DNA of 63,971 nucleotides, the filler included, from Octopus bimaculoides (lineage: Eukaryota): the NCBI RefSeq assembly GCF_001194135.2. It is 6 parts of 5 records of this genome, joined end to end, with 100 filler letters (N's around TTAATTAATTAA, not from the genome) between each part and the next. Parts side by side here need not be neighbours in the genome. Positions count along the whole stretch, not along the records: positions 25,104 to 39,652 come from NC_068982.1; positions 39,753 to 43,295 come from NC_069005.1; positions 43,396 to 49,240 come from NC_068993.1; positions 49,341 to 62,849 come from NC_068993.1; 2 more parts are not named here. One strand, given 5' to 3'. The notes below the pieces were generated by a model. That model worked only from the letters and a program-made list of their open reading frames with translations. It did not search any database and was not told where the DNA came from. This document shows positions 37,166 to 50,433 of this stretch, piece by piece; the first letter of the stretch is position 1; every line of letters starts with the position of its first letter. The position numbers and the translations under genes were made by a program.

Positions 37166-39275
37166 CACAACTGATTTATTATATCTCAATTGCTCGATTG
37201 ATATTCTAACAATAAGAACACACGATATTCGTTGATTAGCATAGCTATGATACTGGATCTTCCAACCATGTCATCTTTAAACGCCAAAGATTATTTGAGA
37301 TATCTCCAAACTCAAAGTTAACAATTCTGCTCAGGCATATCGTTCACTGCATTGCCACTTTCATTCCGATTTGTCTTTGTATTTCAAACATTTTGAAGAA
37401 GAAAATGAAACTCCAATATAATAACAAATATAACGCTATCAAAATATCAAACTTCGCATCTGCCGATTTCCTTTCAGAAATATCGTGACGTGCAAAGATG
37501 ATTTCTAACAATTGTATATAGAATAAGAGCTGAATATATTTCATATACTCAGATTTTTCTTTCCTACAGTCTTCTCAATCTTTCGCTCGAAGTGAATGAC
37601 ATTTGTAACAATGACTAACTGCATGTATCATATAGACATGTTTGAATACAAATATAGCTGAGGCAGTAAGATTTGATTTAAATAAAGACGCGTGTTCTGG
37701 ATACAGCATTATCATTAATGTCTAGAAACAAGATAAAATATCAAATCGTGAAAGGGATTCAAACTTAATTTCCTTATCTCTCATGCTTTGTCGCTTATTG
37801 CATATACATAGACAAATACGCTGGGAGGTCGCGTACTTCTGCATCCTTCAATCATTCTATTAATGCACGTTTCTCTCTTCCCACCCCCCGCTATCCACAC
37901 TCTCTCACACACACACATACCCAGACAGCCTCCTATACACACATATAAACAAAAAAACTAAGAACTCCCAGGCATACACACATACGCTCATACACAAACC
38001 CAGGGCACACACCCACCAAAAGCTNNNNNNNNNNNNNNNNNNNNNNNNNNNNNNNNNNNNNNNNNNNNNNNNNNNNNNNNNNNNNNNNNNNNNNNNNNNN
38101 NNNNNNNNNNNNNNNNNNNNNNNNNNNNNNNNNNNNNNNNNNNNNNNNNNNNNNNNNNNNNNNNNNNNNNNNNNNNNNNNNNNNNNNNNNNNNNNNNNNN
38201 NNNNNNNNNNNNNNNNNNNNNNNNNNNNNNNNNNNNNNNNNNNNNNNNNNNNNNNNNNNNNNNNNNNNNNNNNNNNNNNNNNNNNNNNNNNNNNNNNNNN
38301 NNNNNNNNNNNNNNNNNNNNNNNNNNNNNNNNNNNNNNNNNNNNNNNNNNNNNNNNNNNNNNNNNNNNNNNNNNNNNNNNNNNNNNNNNNNNNNNNNNNN
38401 NNNNNNNNNNNNNNNNNNNNNNNNNNNNNNNNNNNNNNNNNNNNNNNNNNNNNNNNNNNNNNNNNNNNNNNNNNNNNNNNNNNNNNNNNNNNNNNNNNNN
38501 NNNNNNNNNNNNNNNNNNNNNNNNNNNNNNNNNNNNNNNNNNNNNNNNNNNNNNNNNNNNNNNNNNNNNNNNNNNNNNNNNNNNNNNNNNNNNNNNNNNN
38601 NNNNNNNNNNNNNNNNNNNNNNNNNNNNNNNNNNNNNNNNNNNNNNNNNNNNNNNNNNNNNNNNNNNNNNNNNNNNNNNNNNNNNNNNNNNNNNNNNNNN
38701 NNNNNNNNNNNNNNNNNNNNNNNNNNNNNNNNNNNNNNNNNNNNNNNNNNNNNNNNNNNNNNNNNNNNNNNNNNNNNNNNNNNNNNNNNNNNNNNNNNNN
38801 NNNNNNNNNNNNNNNNNNNNNNNNNNNNNNNNNNNNNNNNNNNNNNNNNNNNNNNNNNNNNNNNNNNNNNNNNNNNNNNNNNNNNNNNNNNNNNNNNNNN
38901 NNNNNNNNNNNNNNNNNNNNNNNNNNNNNNNNNNNNNNNNNNNNNNNNNNNNNNNNNNNNNNNNNNGGAGAGCAATACAATACAATACCACCAATTAAAC
39001 TGACCCTTATATATCCCTTTAAAATGTAACAGAAAAAATTATAGCTGAAAACACTTGAACAATATATATGTGTGTGTCTGTGTGTGTGTGCCAGAAAATT
39101 ATTTTTAACATGTACATATGTTATCATTGTTACGGTTTAAAGTTAGGTTTTCAAAACTGAATGTGTAGAATTAGAACTGATTGGTAACTTTATGAGCAAG
39201 TACAAAGAAAACGAATTTATTTCTGCTAAACAGGATCCTATCTTTTGGTTTGTTTCATATCGTTCCTTGCTATAG

Positions 39276-39372
39276 GTTCGTGGCAAGAAGTGGCATGCTT
39301 ATAAGCTTTACTATAAAAAAGGGGGTTACTTTGTCATGACATACGAAATTCGTGTAGAGCCTCATAAAACAG
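39276..39372 (+). CDS. Candidate internal exon (VRGKKWHAYKLYYKKGGYFVMTYEIRVEPHKT)
   Basis: Pyrimidine-rich acceptor tttgtttcatatcgttccttgctatag and donor ACAG|GTAGAC. Only phase 0 stays open. Non-repetitive; no homology recognised. Confidence 0.35.
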
Positions 39373-39752
39373 GTAGACACATACACAAAAAGCTGTAATG
39401 TTTTGGGGCAATCACTCTGTTCATAGAATACATGCACTGGCTATAGTTTCTTTTTATTTATTAATTAGTTTGTTTTGCGAAAAACTTTCACGACACATCT
39501 GCAGCCTTTTCAATAAATTTTCTATCACGTTCTTTTTCATTCTCTCCCTAAGTGCTTCGTGTTTAGATTTTTACGGTTGTGGGGTAATGTGTGACTATGT
39601 TTATACGTATTTCCTTGTCGGCATGTATATATATATATATATATATATATATNNNNNNNNNNNNNNNNNNNNNNNNNNNNNNNNNNNNNNNNNNNNTTAA
39701 TTAATTAANNNNNNNNNNNNNNNNNNNNNNNNNNNNNNNNNNNNNNNNNNNN

Positions 39753-40265
39753 CGGGCCGACCAAAGCCTCGTGTGTGAATTTGGTAGATGGAAATTGAAA
39801 GAAGACCATCGTATATATGTATATGTATATATATATATATGTGTGTGTGTTTGTGTGTCTGTGTTTGTCCCCCCAACATCGCTTGACAACTGATGTCGGT
39901 GTGTTTACGTCACCGTAACTTAGGGATTTGGCAAAACAGAACGATAGAATAAGTACTAGGCTTACAAAGAATAAGTCCTGGGGTCGATTTGCTCGACTAA
40001 AGGTGCTGCTCCAGCATGGCCGCAGTCAAATGATGGAAACAAGTAAAAGAGTAAATAAATAATTTTTTATTAAACATTACTATTCCGGGAAGCTTTTGAC
40101 ACCACCTCATTGGGGTTCTAGTTTCTGTCTTCTAAATCTACTCACAAGGCTTTGGTTGGTGTGAGGCTATAGTAGAAGACACTTGCCCAAGCTGACACGG
40201 AGTGGGACTGAACACTGAACCATGTAGTTGGGAAGCAAGCTTCTTACCATACAGCTACGCCTACA
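39753..40265. repeat. SINE family B (+, 39753-40050) followed by an inverted head fragment (-, about 40115-40265)
   Basis: Direct match to the family B copy at 16.04 kb in both orientations. Confidence 0.8.
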
Positions 40266-40747
40266 CCTATTCTGTCCATTTTTTTAACGTTTTACCATCA
40301 CCTACATACCCTCTCTTATCCCCACCACCACCACCATCATTGTCAATATTGCCATCACCACCACTACCACCATCATATTCTTTTGCATAGTAAAATATCA
40401 CTTGAAGGGTGTGGTTTCATTTGAATTCATTCAAAGGAGTCAATTGAAGATATATATGAGATAAGCCTCAACTCTAAAATCCCAACCTAACCCAATATAT
40501 AGCCGCAGGTGTGAGTAACCTATCTTTTGTTGATGGTTTCTTACTGCTTTTATTTGTTTTTCTACTTTTGTGTTTGTTGATATACATTTTTCACAGCACA
40601 CACACATATACATAAATGTGTGTGTGTGTGTGTGTCTATCTATCTATCTTTCTATCTATCTATCTATCCTTCTGTTTGTCTATCTATCTATCTATCTACT
40701 CATCCATCCATCCATCCATCCACACACACACACACACACATATATAT

Positions 40748-40887
40748 GTAGTTGAAATTTACAGGAAAACAGAAGACAAAGACAGGTGTATGAACAACAA
40801 GCAGATGTATTAGTTTGACACTTGGGAAAGTGAGAAAGTCTTTTATGTTTCGAGCTTGCACTCTTTATCAGAAAGGAATTCTTTTGA
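40748..40887 (-). ncRNA. Hammerhead motif (family 2, copy 3; core 40840-40875) in a Penelope-like repeat abutting a gap
   Basis: Reverse complement CTTT-CTGATAA-A-GAGT-GCAA-GCTC-GAAA-CATA-AAAG: A6 present, G8 replaced by A. Confidence 0.55.
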
Positions 40888-42491
40888 NNNNNNNNNNNNN
40901 NNNNNNNNNNNNNNNNNNNNNNNNNNNNNNNNNNNNNNNNNNNNNNNNNNNNNNNNNNNNNNNNNNNNNNNNNNNNNNNNNNNNNNNNNNNNNNNNNNNN
41001 NNNNNNNNNNNNNNNNNNNNNNNNNNNNNNNNNNNNNNNNNNNNNNNNNNNNNNNNNNNNNNNNNNNNNNNNNNNNNNNNNNNNNNNNNNNNNNNNNNNN
41101 NNNNNNNNNNNNNNNNNNNNNNNNNNNNNNNNNNNNNNNNNNNNNNNNNNNNNNNNNNNNNNNNNNNNNNNNNNNNNNNNNNNNNNNNNNNNNNNNNNNN
41201 NNATTAGCAGTGGTTCAGCAAAAGAGATCAATAAAATAAGTACTGGGCTTACAAAGAATAAGTCCTGGGATTGATTTCTTCAACTAAAAGACCCTTTTAG
41301 GCAGTGCTCCAGCATGGCTGCAGTCAAATGACTTAAACAAGTAAAAGAATAAAAGAATTCCTTGAGAAAGGACCTTCAATAAGAACTGTCTTGGACTCTG
41401 GTGACCTGTCCAACCCATGTTGGTAATGTAGGTGGATTGACCTACACCATCACTGAGTCTATCTACTCAACCCAATCCTTAGCCATTTATCCCCTTGTCA
41501 ATCCTTTCCTTCACATTAATCCCTGACAGTACTCTTGTTGCTTCCTTTCTTTGTCTCCTCTATCATTCTCACCCCATTCCCAACACTACAACACTATTCC
41601 CTTTGTTATTCTCTTCATTACCATTTTCTCAAAACAATAAAGTGGTTCCATCCATGATGGGGGTTCTCTTTCACTTTGCAAACTGCAACACAACCAACCC
41701 TCAAAAGTGCTGATGCAATGAAAAACACCCAGTACACTCTGTAGGTTATTGGTAACAGTGTAACAAAATATTAATTGTTTTTTTTTGTATTTGCTTCTAT
41801 CAAAAGAAATCACTTCTATTCCCTTCAAACTTTGCTCTTGTGACCTGGACATCAATGCTTTGAAAGTGTCTTATTTTTCCATTTCATTTCAAACAGATTC
41901 AGATCTGAGCTGCTGAAGCAGAAACATCATTATAACAAATATTCTGCTTAATACCCTAGATTTGCTTGTTAGTTGCTTGACCTTAACCACTTGCGCATGT
42001 CCCTTAATGGCTGACAATATGTGCATCTTTGATAATAAGCAGGTGTAGTGGGGCTATAGTAGAAGACACTTGCCTAAGGTCCATGCAGTGGGACTGAACC
42101 TGGACCCATGTGGTTGGGAAGCAAGCTTCTTACCACACAGCCATGCCTGTGCTTATATGTGCATGTATACACACAGACACACACACACACACATATGCAT
42201 GTATATATAAAATATATGAGAGAAAGAAAATGGAATTCATAAGATTCTTTATTATTCACTACAATCGTTTTGACCCATCATGCACCGGTGCCTCACAGCT
42301 GAGATGCTACAGAAACAATTGTTACACATCAAAGGTACAGATGTGAATGGGCTTTGAATGGCATACTACAAGGTGCATATCTGAATATAAANNNNNNNNN
42401 NNNNNNNNNNNNNNNNNNNNNNNNNNNNNNNNNNNNNNNNNNNNNNNNNNNNNNNNNNNNNNNNNNNNNNNNNNNNNNNNNNNNNNNNAAA

Positions 42492-42764
42492 TAACCAAGT
42501 TTCAAGAACTCATCGATGAAAATCCACTATCACATATAGAAAAATTAACAATTAAAAGCACAATAAATAAGTATAATATAAAGCAAAGTAAATATCATAA
42601 GATAAATATAATATAATAATATAATATAATATAATAATATAATAATATAATCACTTTATGATATTTACTTTGCTTTATATCATACTCATTTATTGTGCTT
42701 TTAATTGTTAATTTTTCTATATGTGATAGTGGATTTTCATCGATGAGTTCTTGAAACTTGGTTA
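42492..42764. repeat. Near-perfect 109-bp inverted repeat around a 55-bp AT-rich spacer
   Basis: 42492-42600 is the reverse complement of 42656-42764 with two substitutions seen. Confidence 0.9.
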
Positions 42765-42917
42765 ATTTCCCTAAAACTATATATTTTATACATATTTTAT
42801 CTATAAAGCTCAATTTAATTTTAATTTTTATAAATTGATTTTAATTGAGTTTTTACCTGTGATTTTGGATTTTGTCCCTAATATTATTATATATATATAT
42901 ATATATATATATACATT

Positions 42918-43212
42918 CGAGCGAGGTCGTTGCCATTGCTGCTGGACTGGCTCCTGTGCAGGTGGCATGTAAAAAACACCACTTGAGCATGGCCGATGCC
43001 AGTACCACCTGACTGGTCCTCATGCTAGTGGCACATAAAAGCACCCACTACACTCTCGGAGTGGTTGGCATTAAGAAGGGCATCCAGCTGTAGAAACTCT
43101 GCCAGATCAGATTGGAGCCTAGTGCAGCCATCTGGCTTGCCAGTCATCAGTCAAATCGTCCAACCCATGCTAGCATGGAAAGCGGACGTTAAACGATGAT
43201 GATGATGATGAT
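42918..43212 (+). repeat. Family C (RTE-tail-type) repeat ending in (GAT)n
   Basis: gtcgttgcca..ggcacataaaagcacc..ggagtggttggc..aagggcatccagctgtagaaac..acccatgctagcatggaaagcggacgttaaacgatgatgatg. Tail-only copies at 19167-19272 and 63270-63360. Confidence 0.8.
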
Positions 43213-43590
43213 ATGTGTGTGTGTGTGTGAGTGTGTGATAGGCTTTCTGTCTGTCAAATTCACTCACTGATTGCCCTTTGGGCTGTAGTAGAAGANNNNN
43301 NNNNNNNNNNNNNNNNNNNNNNNNNNNNNNNNNNNNNNNTTAATTAATTAANNNNNNNNNNNNNNNNNNNNNNNNNNNNNNNNNNNNNNNNNNNNGCGCC
43401 AATCTTTCTTTGCCTTTGACTTTCTATTTTTCTAGCGGCCCAGCTACCTCTCTGCCCATTCGTATATCTAATAAAGTATCTTGCTGTCCGTCAATTTATC
43501 TTTCTATAAATCTATCTGCCAGTCTGTCAGTCAGTCGATCTGCCTGTCTGTTTGCTTGCCTATTTATCTGCATATCTGTCTGTCTGTTAG

Positions 43591-43624
<34 letters not shown>

Positions 43625-43946
43625 CATCCATCCATTTATCCATCCATTTATCCATCTATCTATCTATCCATCCATCCATCTATCTATTTATTTATCTATT
43701 TATCTATCTATCTATCTTGGAAGATAGTCAGAAGAAATAGAGACAGACAGACAGACAGACATATATATATATATGTCTGTCTGTCTGTCTGTCTGATAGA
43801 CATATATATATGTCTGTCTGTCTGTCTATATTTCTTCTGTCTATCTTTCTTCCTTCATCTCTTTACAAACACAATCCCTAACTTCCAAGCATGACGTTGA
43901 TTAGACTTTGGCAGTTTAGAAGGAAATTCATGTCCCTTCTCTCATC

Positions 43947-43984
<38 letters not shown>

Positions 43985-45649
43985 CCCTCCTCTCTTTCTC
44001 TGTCTTCCTCACTCTCTCTCTCTCTCTCTCTCATTCTCTCTCTTTCTCTCTTTCTCACCCTCTCTCTTTCTCTCTCTCTCTGATCTAAAATGAAAAGCCA
44101 AAACAAACATAAATTCAAAATATTTCCCTACTGAAGGTGTGATTTCAGTTTTATCTGTCACATTTTTGGCTGATGGAGCTAAGATGTAAAAAATATACAC
44201 TATGGTAAGTTAAGGCAGGATTAGAATGGAAAAAGAAATTTATACGTGTGTGTATATGTGGCGTATGCGTGTATATATATACATATATAGATACATATAT
44301 GTGTGTGTGTGAGTGCGTGTACGTGAAGATATGAGCGTGTGTATACATATTTATGTTTTTATGAATATTTATATATATATTTATATATATATATACATAT
44401 GTATATATATACATACATGCATATATGTATATACATATGTATATAAGTAGCTATATATATACATATATATATATATAAATACGTATATATATAGTACACT
44501 TATATATNNNNNNNNNNNNNNNNNNNNNNNNNNNNNNNNNNNNNNNNNNNNNNNNNNNNNNNNNNNNNNNNNNNNNNNNNNNNNNNNNNNNNNNNNNNNN
44601 NNNNNNNNNNNNNNNNNNNNNNNNNNNNNNNNNNNNNNNNNNNNNNNNNNNNNNNNNNNNNNNNNNNNNNNNNNNNNNNNNNNNNNNNNNNNNNNNNNNN
44701 NNNNNNNNNNNNNNNNNNNNNNNNNNNNNNNNNNNNNNNNNNNNNNNNNNNNNNNNNNNNNNNNNNNNNNNNNNNNNNNNNNNNNNNNNNNNNNNNNNNN
44801 NNNNNNNNNNNNNNNNNNNNNNNNNNNNNNNNNNNNNNNNNNNNNNNNNNNNNNNNNNNNNNNNNNNNNNNNNNNNNNNNATATATAGCCGACGTATGTG
44901 CACCTCTACGTCTGCGTACTCATAATCTGTGGTGTATGTGTGCATGTAGTGTGTGTGTGTGTTTGTCTTCATGTGAGTGTGTGTGTGTGCTTCGACTACT
45001 CTTCTTGTTGATATTTTTTATTATTATTATTAATTCTTGTTGACGTAATGCCAGTTCTTTCATCGTTCGGATAGTTTACTTGGAAACAAGAATGTTTTAT
45101 CAGTTGTAAGAATTTCTTTTTCCATACGCACGCTCATAAACATATTCACGCATCTACGGATGCAAATATGTACATAGCTCTACAAACGCACACACACATA
45201 CACACATACCGACACGCATACATCTACGCATACACACACATATAAACACCCAAAAACCACACAGTTTCGCATATATGCACAGCAAGTTATGTACGAATCA
45301 GCAGGAATATATATGAAAATTAATGCAACATCTGTACATAAATAGACAGACAGACAGATAGATAGAGAGAGAGAGACATACGCATATATGTACATATATA
45401 TACATTTATGTAGCTATAAATTTCACGTAATATTTAATCGGATGACGTAATAGGCGCATATATTTAGTTGTTAGGCTTATTTGCTGCCTAAACTCCAACA
45501 TCAACTGCAACTAAAAATGCAGATATGTTAAAGCGGCCTAATGAGGATTAGCTTTAGGGAATGTCACAATTGAACAGGTAGGTGTATAGCAGAATAAAAG
45601 CATAAATAGACAGATAACTAGTATCATGTCAGATTATAACTTATATATA

Positions 45650-45900
45650 TTTGGTCTGGTGAGTAGGGATGGTGAGCTAGAGCTTTCCAACCCAATGGAT
45701 TTATTTTTTCTTGGGTTATTTTCGCTGACTGTGGCCCTTATTCTCGGGAGACAGTTCATGAGGTACTTTACTTCCCTCAATATACGTTCCCATTCTGCCG
45801 GAGATGCTTTTACACAGTAGACCAAGGTTTATTAAACCTCTGGAATAAATCCTCGATACTTCCATGCGGATCCTCTTGTTGTATGACGATATGCTTTAAA
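45650..45900 (-). mobile_element. Mariner C-terminal fragment
   Basis: Minus-strand peptide KITQEKINPLGWKALAHHPYSPD resembles T.QKL..LGWE.L.HPPYSPD. Confidence 0.7.
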
Positions 45901-46054
45901 AAAACGTCATTACATTTCGGTACCTCTAAAACAGGGAACCTGGGGGTGCCGTCCTATATTAAAAGGATGAAGCGTCCTTGATTATGAGCCAGTTTAACCA
46001 AGTATCTCCTGGAGTAAAATACCACCACCACAAACATCAAACGCAGTAATAGGT

Positions 46055-46410
46055 CTCTATTTGGACTCTAAAAGCGACCCACTTCGGTCGTGGAAGACCA
46101 TTGGATTGCACCTAGAAAGTTTCCATCCGAGGCACAAGTCCGGGCAAGGTTGTTTATGGAAGGCCGCCGGTCGCCCATGCATATCAGCCTCCCCTCTCCA
46201 TGCCACCGATGCTATTCAAGGGAACGGCAAAGACCGATACAGCTTGGCATCAGTGACGTCGCAACGCATTTCTACAGCTGAGTGAACTGGAGGAACGTGA
46301 AATAAAGTGTCTTGCTCAAGAACACAACATGCAACCCGGTCGAGAAATCCAACTCATTACCTCATGACTGTAACCCCGACGCTCTAACCACTGAGCCATG
46401 CGCCTTCACA
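46055..46410 (-). repeat. tRNA-derived SINE family A (tail variant 2), near complete
   Basis: Reverse complement of the 10.32 kb copy, including head ggcgcatggctcagtggttagagcg. Confidence 0.85.
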
Positions 46411-46874
46411 TGGACCCTAGATCTGCTAGTACTAACATCCTAATCCCGAATCTCCCTCAAAGTACGCCATGTTTTCTTATAAGAGTCCATACTAGATTAT
46501 CTCTTCCAGTACGCAATACTTGGTTTCAATACTTATGATCATAATGTCTATTCGATGAAGGCCGATTTGGAGCTAAACAGCAACGAGACAACAGCAACGA
46601 CATAAGGTTAGTAAATACGAATCAGAATTCTGGAAGAAGATGCAATCTCTATATGGATCCTCCTGGATTTCTCTCTAGATAAAGGAATTTGCAATATATG
46701 GCAAATCACGTCCTCTGTGGCTAAGCTTTGAAATTTCCAACAGACTATAATTGACTGTAATTTCGTAATTCATTATAATGGTGGCCATTGAATGACAGGT
46801 AAGATCTGGATGCTTACGTGTGTGTATGGGAGAGAGTGAAAGACAGAGACAAAGAGTGTGTTTGTGTGGGGAGG

Positions 46875-46917
<43 letters not shown>

Positions 46918-47100
46918 CCATACTAAATTTCCGCCTGTCTTTCGCTATTTTTATCACACTATGCCTATTTCTGTTCTGCATTGTACTTGTATAACGTATT
47001 TTGCCCGTATGCATTCCTGTGCATGCATATATATATACATATAATCACATATACGTAGGTGTATAAATATATATATATGTGTGTGTGTTTCAAGCATGCG

Positions 47101-47141
<41 letters not shown>

Positions 47142-47320
47142 GAGCATACACATACATGTATGTATATATGAATATATGCAAACAAATATAGATATATATA
47201 TACACGTAAGTATGTATGTATATATGTATGTATACAGAACTCAGATATGCTTAATATAACCATATAATTATATGTACACACACACACACACAGACTGACA
47301 CACACACATACACACACATT

Positions 47321-47352
<32 letters not shown>

Positions 47353-47993
47353 CACGCGCACACGCATATATATGTATAAATACACACACAAACAATCATG
47401 CACAAACGCCCATACACCATACATATACATACATAGATATACGTCTGTCATTTTCTCGTCGGTTATAAAGGGAGGACTGAGCGCCAAATGTCCACATCTG
47501 AGAGGCGAAGCTGCCATGTTCAAACGTCCGTAACAGAGAAAATACTCATCAATTAATATGTCACATTTGAAGACTCAATTTGACTTATTATTACAGACAG
47601 CAGCAGGTTTCAACTGCAACATCAGCATCTCATTGGATAATCGGCTTTCCTAGAATATTTTATTAAGCAAAACCACTTCATGCTTTAGCAAACAGCCTGG
47701 CAGAGAAGAACTGAGAACTTGTGTTCTTACACTACACATTCTGAATTAAATCTACTTTTAGTACGTTCTTCTGGAAGGTTATTTGTGTGAGTATGTATAT
47801 TTATGTGTGTGTATGTGTGTATGTGTGTGTACGCATGTTTGTATGGCTATATGTATGTATATTCAGACAGAAGCATGCAAACATAAATGTATACGTGCAC
47901 ACACAAACACACGCAATTTATGTTTGTATGTGTGTTCTACACTATATGTATATGCTTGTGAGTGTGTATAGAGAGAGAGTGTGTATAGAGATA

Positions 47994-48028
<35 letters not shown>

Positions 48029-48219
48029 NNNNNNNNNNNNNNNNNNNNNNNNNNNNNNNNNNNNNNNNNNNNNNNNNNNNNNNNNNNNNNNNNNNNNNNN
48101 NNNNNNNNNNNNNNNNNNNNNNNNNNNNNNNNNNNNNNNNNNNNNNNNNNNNNNNNNNNNNNNNNNNNNNNNNNNNNNNNNNNNNNNNNNNNNNNNNNNN
48201 NNNNNNNNNNNNNNNNNNN

Positions 48220-48371
48220 GAATGTTTAGTTGAATGAATTGATGCCAGTACTTATATTTTTAAGACTGGTACTTGTTCTATCGATCTCTTTTGCCGAACT
48301 GATAGATTAAGAGGACGTAAACACACCAACACCTTCTTACCATACACCTACACATGAGGTAGAATATATAC

Positions 48372-48403
<32 letters not shown>

Positions 48404-48650
48404 ACTATCTTTCACTTGTTTCAGTCATTTGACTGCGGCCAAGCTGGGGAACCGCCTTGAAGGTCTTTAGTTGCACAAATAAACCCAGGACTTATTTTTC
48501 AAAGCGCACCACTTATTCTATCGAATGCTTATGCCGAACCACTAAGTTACCGGGATGTAAATGCGCCAAAACCAGTTGTCAAGCGGTAGTGGGGAAAAAC
48601 ACGGACATAAACGCCATGTGGTTGCGGAGCAAGCTTCTTACCACATAGTC
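48220..48650 (-). repeat. Two partial SINE family B copies
   Basis: Blocks at about 48220-48345 and 48410-48650 match family B; the second has an internal deletion. Confidence 0.7.
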
Positions 48651-49202
48651 ATGTCAGACATATCTATATATTTATATATGTGTGAGTATGTATGTATGTA
48701 TGTATGTATGTATGTATATATGTATGTATGTATATATGTATGTATATACATAGTTACATATTTATATTTACACACATGTAATAAACGAAAGATTATATTA
48801 ACTAAAATCTGAGACATCTAAGTTAAATACATTCCAATAAGCCGACATATGGCGAAAAAAAAAAACCATTTAAAAAAAAATCATATATGTAATATTGAAA
48901 AAAAAATGGCCTCATCTGTCAAAATTTAGCAAACTAAAGTAAATTGATATCTCTGAAAAATCCTAATATAATGACAAAAATGAAATTTTAAATTTCATTT
49001 TTTGATATATATATATATAAAATACATAAAATTAGAGTTCAAATATTCTCTGCATATGTACAAAAAAAAACATTTTTAGAACATTTCTATTACTGTAGTG
49101 ACAAAAATATATTTTATTACAAAATATAATTATTTATGATGGAAAGCATTTGGTTTAAATAAACTTATACATACATTCATATATACATACTTAAAACATA
49201 CA

Positions 49203-49240
<38 letters not shown>

Positions 49241-49340
49241 NNNNNNNNNNNNNNNNNNNNNNNNNNNNNNNNNNNNNNNNNNNNTTAATTAATTAANNNN
49301 NNNNNNNNNNNNNNNNNNNNNNNNNNNNNNNNNNNNNNNN

Positions 49341-49388
<48 letters not shown>

Positions 49389-49918
49389 TGCAGATGCAGA
49401 CACACAAACGCACACAATCAGACAGGGAAGTGTGTATTCTTTTTTCTCTGTTTTTTTTTTCTTTTTTCCTTTTATTTCTTTACGTCTTCTTTTTTACCAG
49501 TTACTGCATTTGAAATTGCGGGTACTTTCGGTTCGTTATCTTAGAAACAACTAATTCGCACCTATTCTTTTATAATCTATTCTTACCCCACTACATATAC
49601 AAAACCACCATCTTCAGCACTACCAACATCACCATCATCATTAACACCACCAGTATTAATAATACTGTCGCTGTGACCACTACAATACGGTGTGTGCTTT
49701 TTTTTCTGGGGTGGAGATAGGCTCGACTTTCATCAAGTGCTCTTCTCATCGCACAGACGATGAGGGTACCAAATTCTTTTTTTATGTTTTAACCTAGATC
49801 AGCTGTTGGTGCTTCACGTAACCGCTTTCATAACTAATCCCCTATATACGTTTAACCAACTCGTTATGTATATATTTATTTCACACTGTTAACACTTCTA
49901 CCTAACATTTTCGTCTCC

Positions 49919-49975
<57 letters not shown>

Positions 49976-50148
49976 TCATTCGGATACATAAACACATACG
50001 CACACACAAGTATACACATGCACATTCAGACAAACGCACATATAAACACACGCATTTCTTTTAGTTTAAATTTTTTTAAAATTAATTAGAACTTTACACT
50101 GTTTTGTATATCTTTCCTCATCTATCTATCTGCCTGTCTATCTATCTG

Positions 50149-50210
<62 letters not shown>

Positions 50211-50276
50211 CGTTTTTATCCTCGCCGTCCTTCTCACTCACAGCAACCGCAGCAGTCAATGTCTTCACCTTGCTCT

Positions 50277-50433
50277 CTTCTTCTTCTTCTTCTTCTTCTT
50301 CTTCTTCTTCTTCTTCTTCTTCTTCTTCTTCTTCTTCTTCTTCTTCTTCTTCTTCTTCTTCTTCTTCTTCTTCTTCTTCTTCTTCTTCTTCTTCTTCTTC
50401 TTCTTCTTCTTCTTCTTCTTCTTCTTCTTCTTC
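50277..50433. repeat. Uninterrupted (TTC)n/(GAA)n tract, about 50 units
   Basis: Read directly; source of the poly-F, poly-L and poly-E ORFs. Confidence 0.95.

Noticed and set aside
42232-42346. Cys-containing reading frame with a donor-like AAG|GTACAG
   Set aside because: Its reverse complement matches 58767-58848, so it is a dispersed repeat rather than a unique exon.
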